Assembly (NCBI GenBank): GCA_018652595.1
Contig: JABIBU010000008.1
Coordinates: forward strand, 1-62,420
DNA: 62,420 nucleotides
Origin: Candidatus Magasanikiibacteriota bacterium
GTDB taxonomy: Bacteria; Patescibacteriota; Patescibacteriia; Magasanikbacterales; UBA922
Direction of reading: 5' to 3'
The translations under genes were made by a program, and so were the position numbers. Of this stretch, positions 55,716 to 62,420 are shown in pieces (the first letter of the stretch is position 1; every line of letters begins with the position of its first letter). A model generated the notes under the pieces. That model was not told where the DNA came from. It searched no databases and saw only the letters and a list, made by a program, of their open reading frames with translations.

Positions 55716-57797
55716 CTATTTTCGCTTACCATCAACCAATTCCTGCTCAATACTCTTTGGCACATCAGCATAGTTTTCAAATTCCATGGTATAACTAGCA
55801 CGACCCTGAGTCATAGAACGAAGTGATGTGGCATAACCAAACATCTCTGACAAAGGAACCATGGCGCGAACAATTTTTGCTGATCCTCTATCAGTCATCT
55901 CTTGGATCTGACCACGCTTAGAGCTCAAGTCACCGATAACATCACCCATATTTTCTTCTGGGGTAATAACTTCTACTTTCATTATAGGCTCCATGACAAC
56001 CGCCTTGGCTTTCATAGCGGCAGATTTGAAAGCCATACTACCAGCCATCTTAAAGGCAACTTCTGAAGAATCAACTTCATGGTAAGAACCATCATAAACT
56101 GTGGCTTTTACATTGATAACAGGATAACCCGCTACAACACCTCTATCCATAGTCTCTCTGATACCTTTTTGAATTGGGGCAATATACTCACGAGGAATCA
56201 CACCACCCTTGATATCGTCTACAAATTCAAAGTTCTCTTCACTGTCTATTAGAGGTTCAACCTTGATCCAACAATGACCATATTGACCACGACCACCAGA
56301 CTGCTTTACATATTTACCCTCAGCTTCGGCAGACTGTTTGATAGTTTCTTTATAAGCTACTTGTGGAGCACCAACATTGGCCTCTACACCAAACTCACGT
56401 TTCATGCGATCAACCAAAATATCCAAATGAAGCTCACCCATACCAGAAATAATAGTCTGTAAAGTTTCTTCATCTGTATGAACTTTGAAAGTTGGGTCTT
56501 CTTCTGCAAGTTTTTGCAAAGCTAGGCTCATCTTTTCTGCATCCTGTTTGGTATTTGGTTCAATAGCAACTGAAATAACTGGTTCTGGAAAAACAATTTT
56601 TTCTAGAAGAACCTGACGATCTTCACCACAAAGAGCATCGCCAGTTGTAGTCTGCTTTAAACCAATGGCAGCGGCAATTTCACCAGAATAAACATCTGTA
56701 ACATCTTCACGAGAGTTTGCATGCAAACGAACAATTCTACCAATACGTTCTTTCTTTCCAGTTGTAGTATTTACAACATAACTACCAGCTGAAATTTTTC
56801 CAGAGTAAACTCGGAAAAAAGCTAATTTTCCCACAAAAGGATCGGTAGCAATCTTGAAAGCCAGCGCACAAAAAGGTTCATCATCACTAGCTTTTATATC
56901 GATCATCTTCTCTTCATCATCTACATCATGGGCTTGAAGGACAGGAACATCTAATGGTGATGGTAAATATCGCACAACAGCATCAAGCATTGGCTGAACA
57001 CCAATATTTTGTAAGGCTGTACCACAAATTACCGGATATATTTCATTATTCAAAACTAATGTTCTAATACCATCTTTAATTTCATCAATAGACAACTCTT
57101 CACCACCCAAATATTTATCCATCAAACTTTCATTGGCTTCGGCAACTTTTTCTAACATTGTTGCTCTATATTTTTCAACTTTTTCTTTCAAATCTTCCGG
57201 TATTTCAATTTCTGTCACATTAATACCATACTCTCCTTCAAATTTGAAAGCCTTCTTTTCAATCAAATCAACAACACCAATATGATTCGAATCAGCGCCT
57301 ATTGGAAGTTGTATAGCAATCGCTTTATTAGAAAGACGATCTCTGATTGAATCCAGACTCATATAAAAATCAGCACCGACCTTGTCCATCTTGTTTACAA
57401 AACAGACTCTAGGCACATTATATTTATCAGCCTGTCTCCAAACTGTTTCAGACTGAGGCTCCACACCTTGTGAACCATCAAATACTGCTACGGCACCATC
57501 AAGCACACGCAAAGATCGCTCTACTTCTACAGTAAAGTCTACGTGACCTGGAGTATCAATGATATTGATACGATGATCCTTCCAAAAACAAGTAGTAGCA
57601 GCCGAGGTAATAGTAATACCACGCTCCTTTTCTTGTTCCATCCAATCCATGTCGGCAGCACCTTCATGGGTTTCGCCGATTTTGTGCTTTTTACCAGTAT
57701 AGTACAAAACACGCTCAGTTACCGTTGTCTTACCAGCATCAATGTGAGCCATGATGCCGATATTACGAGTTTTTTCTAGTGTATATTCTCGAGGCAT
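55716..57797 (-). CDS. fusA: Elongation factor G
   Basis: [48 protein letters not shown]. Confidence 0.98.
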   Translation of the reverse strand: MPREYTLEKTRNIGIMAHIDAGKTTVTERVLYYTGKKHKIGETHEGAADMDWMEQEKERGITITSAATTCFWKDHRINIIDTPGHVDFTVEVERSLRVLDGAVAVFDGSQGVEPQSETVWRQADKYNVPRVCFVNKMDKVGADFYMSLDSIRDRLSNKAIAIQLPIGADSNHIGVVDLIEKKAFKFEGEYGINVTEIEIPEDLKEKVEKYRATMLEKVAEANESLMDKYLGGEELSIDEIKDGIRTLVLNNEIYPVICGTALQNIGVQPMLDAVVRYLPSPLDVPVLQAHDVDDEEKMIDIKASDDEPFCALAFKIATDPFVGKLAFFRVYSGKISAGSYVVNTTTGKKERIGRIVRLHANSREDVTDVYSGEIAAAIGLKQTTTGDALCGEDRQVLLEKIVFPEPVISVAIEPNTKQDAEKMSLALQKLAEEDPTFKVHTDEETLQTIISGMGELHLDILVDRMKREFGVEANVGAPQVAYKETIKQSAEAEGKYVKQSGGRGQYGHCWIKVEPLIDSEENFEFVDDIKGGVIPREYIAPIQKGIRETMDRGVVAGYPVINVKATVYDGSYHEVDSSEVAFKMAGSMAFKSAAMKAKAVVMEPIMKVEVITPEENMGDVIGDLSSKRGQIQEMTDRGSAKIVRAMVPLSEMFGYATSLRSMTQGRASYTMEFENYADVPKSIEQELVDGKRK

Positions 57798-57898
57798 AAT
57801 AAAATGCTTTAAATGCCTGAAAGGCCGGAAAGGCCCAAAAGGCTTTGATTGAAAATTTTCAGGCTTTTCCAGCTTTTCCAGCCTTTCAAGCCTTTGTG

Positions 57899-58378
57899 TT
57901 ATCTACGACGTGCGAAGTGGGCAAAAGCTTTGTTGGCCTCGGCCATACGGTGAGTGTCTTCTTTCTTTTTGAAAGCTCCACCAACACCTTCCAAAGCATC
58001 TGTCATTTCTGAAGTAAGTCTGTCCACCATGTCTCTTCCTTTTCTAGCGCGAGCTGCAGCAATTATCCAACGAAAAGCCAAAGCATCCTGACGGTCTGAA
58101 GTAACAGGCATTGGTACTTGGTAGTTGGCACCACCGACTCTACGAGAACGCACCTCTACAGATGGACGAATAGCATTCATCACATCATCAAAAGCTTTTA
58201 GAGCATCCTCTTTTTTTATTTTTTCTTTCAAATTTTCCAAAGCACTGTAAACAATTTTTTGAGCTAAAGTCTTTTTACCATCTTTCATTATCATGTTGAT
58301 AAATCTAGATACTAATAAACTGTTGTACTTTGGATCAGGGCTTACGACCCTCTTTGGTATTTTTCTTCCTCTAGGCAT
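57899..58378 (-). CDS. rpsG: 30S ribosomal protein uS7 (probable start 58378)
   Basis: [33 protein letters not shown]. Confidence 0.97.
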   Translation of the reverse strand: MPRGRKIPKRVVSPDPKYNSLLVSRFINMIMKDGKKTLAQKIVYSALENLKEKIKKEDALKAFDDVMNAIRPSVEVRSRRVGGANYQVPMPVTSDRQDALAFRWIIAAARARKGRDMVDRLTSEMTDALEGVGGAFKKKEDTHRMAEANKAFAHFARRR

Positions 58379-58412
58379 ATTAATCAAAGTTACTTTTTAG
58401 TAAATTAGTTTT

Positions 58413-58832
58413 TTAGTTCTTTGGTCTCTTGGTACCGTACATAGAACGACTGCGTCTTCGACCTTCTACTCCTTGGGTATCATAAACACCGCGCACGATG
58501 TGATATCTCACACCTGGTAAATCTTTTACTCTACCACCACGAATAAGAACAATTGAATGCTCTTGTAAATTATGACCTTCACCTGGAATATAAGCAATTA
58601 CCTCTGTTCCGTTGGAAAGTCTAACTTTTGCAACCTTTCTCAATGCTGAGTTAGGTTTTTTTGGTGTACTGGTATAAACCTTGGTACACACACCACGTTT
58701 AAATGGCGCTCCTCGCTTTAGTACAGTCTTTTTTCTATGCAAACTGTCATAGGTAAACTGCATGGCAGGTGATGGTGATTTGCTCACCTTGTCCTGTCTA
58801 CCCTTGCGAAGTAGTTGGTTTACTGTAGGCAT
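58413..58832 (-). CDS. rpsL: 30S ribosomal protein uS12
   Basis: [35 protein letters not shown]. Confidence 0.98.
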   Translation of the reverse strand: MPTVNQLLRKGRQDKVSKSPSPAMQFTYDSLHRKKTVLKRGAPFKRGVCTKVYTSTPKKPNSALRKVAKVRLSNGTEVIAYIPGEGHNLQEHSIVLIRGGRVKDLPGVRYHIVRGVYDTQGVEGRRRSRSMYGTKRPKN

Positions 58833-59108
58833 AATCTTTATTTAAGATTAGTTATTAATAAAAAAATTTGGCCACTTGTGCCAAATCATACTTTCATCTA
58901 AACGAAGATAAACGTATAAATCGACAAGAGCGATTATTCTTCACCCCCAAACTTGGGAATTACTACGTTCGTAATTTTTACGATGTGGGCATTATAAACC
59001 AAGTTGAAATATTTGTCAAGTAATTTTGTCCACCACCTTGACAAAATGTAAAAAATAATGTATAAATTAACTAACTACAAACTGGCCACAGCGCCGAAGG
59101 AAAAGCCC

Positions 59109-59549
59109 ATGAAACGTTTTGTTGTCGCCCTTTTCTCGCTCCTCCTGCTCTCCTGCATCCCCCAGGATCAACTCATCACGCACGACAGCGCGAAGATCCT
59201 CAAGGACACCCGAAAGGTGGAAGTGCCCCCCTACTTCACAGTCTCGTTCTTGGATCACTCCTGGTTCAAGTGGGCCACAGAAGTCGCCGGTGCAAGCCAC
59301 CTAGAAAAGGAACTAGACAAGTGCCAACGCCTGCTTCGCAAGCCCACCAACAAGCTGGTGGACACCTGTCGACGCGCTTGGATGTTGGAAGTCTGGATGA
59401 CTCACGAACCAGAAAATCGCCGGCATCTGGCCATCCAGAAACTAAACTCCATGCACGCCCTCATGCAGGTGAACGGCTGGAGCTCGGACAAAATCCAGCG
59501 CTATCTAGAACCGTTCGAGGTTGAGATCGATCTTTCTCCCACCCCATAG
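59109..59549 (+). CDS. GC-rich orphan, probable lipoprotein (probable start 59109)
   Basis: MKRFVVALFSLLLLS-C lipobox; TTGACA(59038-59043)-17-TATAAA; AAGGA SD; 35/60 G+C in 59161-59220. Confidence 0.65.
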   Translation: MKRFVVALFSLLLLSCIPQDQLITHDSAKILKDTRKVEVPPYFTVSFLDHSWFKWATEVAGASHLEKELDKCQRLLRKPTNKLVDTCRRAWMLEVWMTHEPENRRHLAIQKLNSMHALMQVNGWSSDKIQRYLEPFEVEIDLSPTP

Positions 59550-59654
59550 GCGACCTCTCTATTCTTGAGACCCAGGTCGCCTTCCCCAGTTCTCAAATAT
59601 TTAAATATAAATATTTGAGAATAATAAAAAACCCCATTAGGGATTTTTTATTTG

Positions 59655-59677
59655 TCCCCTCCTTGTGGAGGAGGGGA
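59655..59677. repeat. Solo terminal palindrome of the MITE A/B family
   Basis: TCCCCTCCT-TGTGG-AGGAGGGGA. Confidence 0.75.
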
Positions 59678-59683
59678 TGAATA

Positions 59684-60298
59684 CTAAAACAATCCATTCC
59701 CCCCAGTCAAAAATAAATAAATTACATTAATAATTGGATGGATCCAAGAAAAGCCCACCATGATAAATGCGAGTAGAATAAAAAATCCATACTGCTCCAA
59801 GATTTGTTTTACTTTCCACATAGAGTCTGGCAACACAGCATAAAGCAGTTTTGAACCATCAAGTGGTGGAATTGGTAATAAATTGAATACTGCTAGCAAA
59901 ACATTGGCATACACGACTACAGACAATAACATACTAAGTGGTCCACCTGGAACATATCGCATCAGCTGACCAAAAACAAAGGCCAAAAACAAATTAGAAA
60001 TTGGTCCAGCAGCTGCTACTGCGGCTGGTCCCCACTTTTGACTTTTCAAGTTATAAGGATTATAGGGTACTGGCTTTGCATAAGCAAACATAAAACTACC
60101 CTGAGTTATAACGAGTAATAACAAAGGCATAATTAGTGTGCCCCACTTGTCTATATGAACTATTGGATTCAATGTAAGTCTGCCAGCATACTTGGCAGTC
60201 GGATCACCCAGCTGATTGGCCATCCAGCCGTGGGCATACTCATGAAATATTGCCGAGGGAATAATAATAAATAAGAAAAATACTGCCATCATGCCCAT
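59684..60298 (-). CDS. Site-2 protease family M50 metalloprotease
   Basis: HEYAH (HExxH), AAAGP.SN, FNLLPIPPLDG. Confidence 0.93.
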   Translation of the reverse strand: MGMMAVFFLFIIIPSAIFHEYAHGWMANQLGDPTAKYAGRLTLNPIVHIDKWGTLIMPLLLLVITQGSFMFAYAKPVPYNPYNLKSQKWGPAAVAAAGPISNLFLAFVFGQLMRYVPGGPLSMLLSVVVYANVLLAVFNLLPIPPLDGSKLLYAVLPDSMWKVKQILEQYGFFILLAFIMVGFSWIHPIINVIYLFLTGGNGLF

Positions 60299-60388
60299 AG
60301 AATTTATTTTAAATATTAATAGCTTGACAAAATTTTAATAATATTGTATAATTTCGCCGTTATTCAATTATACTAAATTTTTAATAAT

Positions 60389-60556
60389 ATGGGAAGAACA
60401 TGTGCAGATTGTGGCAAAGGGCCAAAAAAAGCAGCTAATCGTAGTCATGCTAAAAACAAGACCTTGCGTACACAAAAACCAAACCTACAAAAGAACGAAA
60501 AGGGTGATATGACATGTAATACCTGTCGTAGAACTGATGCAAAAAAAGCAAAATAA
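60389..60556 (+). CDS. rpmB: 50S ribosomal protein bL28, 55 aa, four Cys; below the ORF-track cutoff
   Basis: MGRTCADCGKGPKKAANRSHAKNKTLRTQKPNLQ...TCNTCRR. Confidence 0.9.
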   Translation: MGRTCADCGKGPKKAANRSHAKNKTLRTQKPNLQKNEKGDMTCNTCRRTDAKKAK

Positions 60557-60613
60557 AGAATAAAAATCAAAAATTAAAAAATCCCTCCAACTAAGGAGGG
60601 ATTTTTTATATTT

Positions 60614-61057
60614 TTAATGTACTGTCTCCCCTGACTTAGACACACTCAATAGTCGAGAGATTTCGTCTTTGGCAACAGTAGTTCCAAAACTCTTCAAATT
60701 TCCACCACAGCCAACCATTTTTTTTGCTAAACTAGCAAGACTAGAAACATCTTCGTTGTTGACAATACAATCATGAGCATCGAAGTACTTAATTTTATCA
60801 CCAACCCTATAAACAACAAGTTCCCCTTCTCCAGAAGAAAAGAAAAAGAAATCCTTATTTCCACTCAAAACTTTTGTTATCTCCGCAACATCGACCAAAT
60901 CGTCAGCGCCATCTTGTTCGGAAATAGATATTAGGTCTACAGCTACCACGTCCCTACCCAAAACATCTGACAAGGTCTCTGCCAAGTTTTCTATGTCCAC
61001 TCGTCTATCCTTTTCAGGAAAAACCCCAGGCTGAATTTCAAAACTTGATTCTGCCAT
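60614..61057 (-). CDS. Hypothetical 147-aa protein
   Basis: ORF bounded by terminators; no motif recognised. Confidence 0.6.
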   Translation of the reverse strand: MAESSFEIQPGVFPEKDRRVDIENLAETLSDVLGRDVVAVDLISISEQDGADDLVDVAEITKVLSGNKDFFFFSSGEGELVVYRVGDKIKYFDAHDCIVNNEDVSSLASLAKKMVGCGGNLKSFGTTVAKDEISRLLSVSKSGETVH

Positions 61058-61178
61058 ATTTTTGTATTTAAATAATATTTTCTATACTATGGCCTAGTAT
61101 AGAATTAAATTGAATAAAAATCAAGAAGTAAAAAACTCTCCGAATATCGGAGAGTTTTTTTATATTTGACTTTGCTTG

Positions 61179-61550
61179 TTAGATATTCAAATCATCAACA
61201 GCGCTAGTATCAATTTCTTCTTCTACAGCAGTAGCTGGAGCAACTGGATCAGTAGCTGGAGCAGCAACAGGATTAATAGGATTAGCTGAGTGTCTACCGC
61301 CTTCTGGTTCATTGATCTTCAAGTTAACGCGAGCGTTATTCTTGGCACCAACGATACGCAAAAGAGTGCGGATAGCACGAGCTGTCTGACCTTGGCGTCC
61401 AATGACATAACCGATGTCGCTGACATCAACGTCCAAAGTTAGTAATACTCCACGCTCATCTACTGTGCGTTCTACTTTAACGACTTCAGGCTTTCCTACG
61501 ATTGCCCTAACGACGCTTTCAAGAAATGCTTGATCTTCCATACGATACAT
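61179..61550 (-). CDS. khpA: KH-domain RNA-binding protein KhpA (YlqC)
   Basis: V.AIV.KP..V.V, D.GYVIGRQGQTARAIRTLL; follows rpsP. Confidence 0.9.
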   Translation of the reverse strand: MYRMEDQAFLESVVRAIVGKPEVVKVERTVDERGVLLTLDVDVSDIGYVIGRQGQTARAIRTLLRIVGAKNNARVNLKINEPEGGRHSANPINPVAAPATDPVAPATAVEEEIDTSAVDDLNI

Positions 61551-61753
61551 TTTTTAAGTACTCTAAGGTACATGATTTAAACACCGAATTCGACTAAATC
61601 CGGGATTGGCGATATTATATCACAAGAAAATCTACGGGTCAAGATGGCTATCCACAATGAACTAGGTCGTCTTCCAGCGACTCAGTACACCGCAAGCACA
61701 AAATATAAAATCCTCCGACATTCGGAGGATTTTAATATTCAATCTTTGTTTTT

Positions 61754-62335
61754 TTACTCTTTTGATTCTTCCTCTTTCTTTTCTTCAGTTTCAGCTTTTG
61801 GTTCTTCGGCAGGAACTTCATCAACTTTTTCTTCGGTCTTCTCTTCAACTTTTTCTTCTTTTGGTTCTTCTGCTGGAGCCTCTTCTTTTACTTCTTCGAC
61901 TTTCTCCTCTACCGGAGCTTCTTCGGTCTTAACAACTTCCTCTGCTTTTGCAGCTTCGGCAGCAGCTTTTTCTTCTTCTACTTTGGCTTTTTGAGCCACC
62001 TTCTTTTCTTCTTCGGCCGCTTTAGCAGTCTCATCTTTTTCATTTATTTTTGCTTTGCGTTTGTCGCTGATAGCCACAGATTTTTTCTTTTCTCCAGTTA
62101 TAACACCAGCTTTTACAAGCAAGTTATTAACTGTCTCAGAAGTCTGAGCACCTTTTGATAACCAATATTTGATTCTATCCTCTTTTAATTCTAAAACTTT
62201 AGCAGAATTAACTGGATTGTAGTGACCCAAAATCTCCAAAGCGTGTCCTTGGGTATCACGAGCCTTTTCAGAAATAACCAAACGATATGTTGGTTGCTTC
62301 TTTTTTCCTAGACGTTGTAGTCTGATCATTAACAT
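61754..62335 (-). CDS. rpsP: 30S ribosomal protein bS16 with a long E/K/A-rich C-tail
   Basis: IRLQRLGKKKQP.YRLV, LG.YNP, WLSKGAQ.SETV. Confidence 0.96.
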   Translation of the reverse strand: MLMIRLQRLGKKKQPTYRLVISEKARDTQGHALEILGHYNPVNSAKVLELKEDRIKYWLSKGAQTSETVNNLLVKAGVITGEKKKSVAISDKRKAKINEKDETAKAAEEEKKVAQKAKVEEEKAAAEAAKAEEVVKTEEAPVEEKVEEVKEEAPAEEPKEEKVEEKTEEKVDEVPAEEPKAETEEKKEEESKE

Positions 62336-62420
62336 AATTTTTTTTATTTTATCTAATAAATTGTGACGGTTATTAGAGAGTAGCCATATTATAGAGTAAA
62401 ACTATTTTTTTGTCAAGGGC

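Overview
AT-rich bacterial chromosome segment in standard genetic code 11. It is most likely a Patescibacteria (CPR, Parcubacteria-like) genome, judged from the missing rpmD/uL30, a stand-alone 16S rRNA gene with U505-A526 covariation, and CPR-style orphan and surface proteins. Housekeeping content: der (3' end), pth, dprA, yhhQ, folC, topA, rel, parAB, scpAB, a D,D-peptidase, aspS, asnS, recO, ruvX, map, adk, secY, the S10/spc ribosomal cluster, tuf, 16S rRNA, trmD, fusA-rpsG-rpsL, an unannotated rpmB, khpA and rpsP. Accessory content: two GT-C membrane glycosyltransferases (one AftA-like), a 1399-aa mosaic surface protein and several orphans. I found no CRISPR array, integrase, transposase or prophage. 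The strongest hunt result is an unannotated Asn-rich leader peptide (MIRLHVKNNNSNNNSPESGV) with full 1:2/2:3/3:4 attenuator geometry directly upstream of the tRNA-Asn gene. Both tRNA loci also pair an intact tRNA with tRNA remnants interrupted by short hairpin insertions in the D, anticodon or T arm. Two tandem promoter-terminator mini-transcripts between topA and rel are mutually complementary. Three GC-richer, SD-led orphan genes are each followed by the same palindromic repeat family. All calls come from reading motifs by eye; no searches or folding programs were run.
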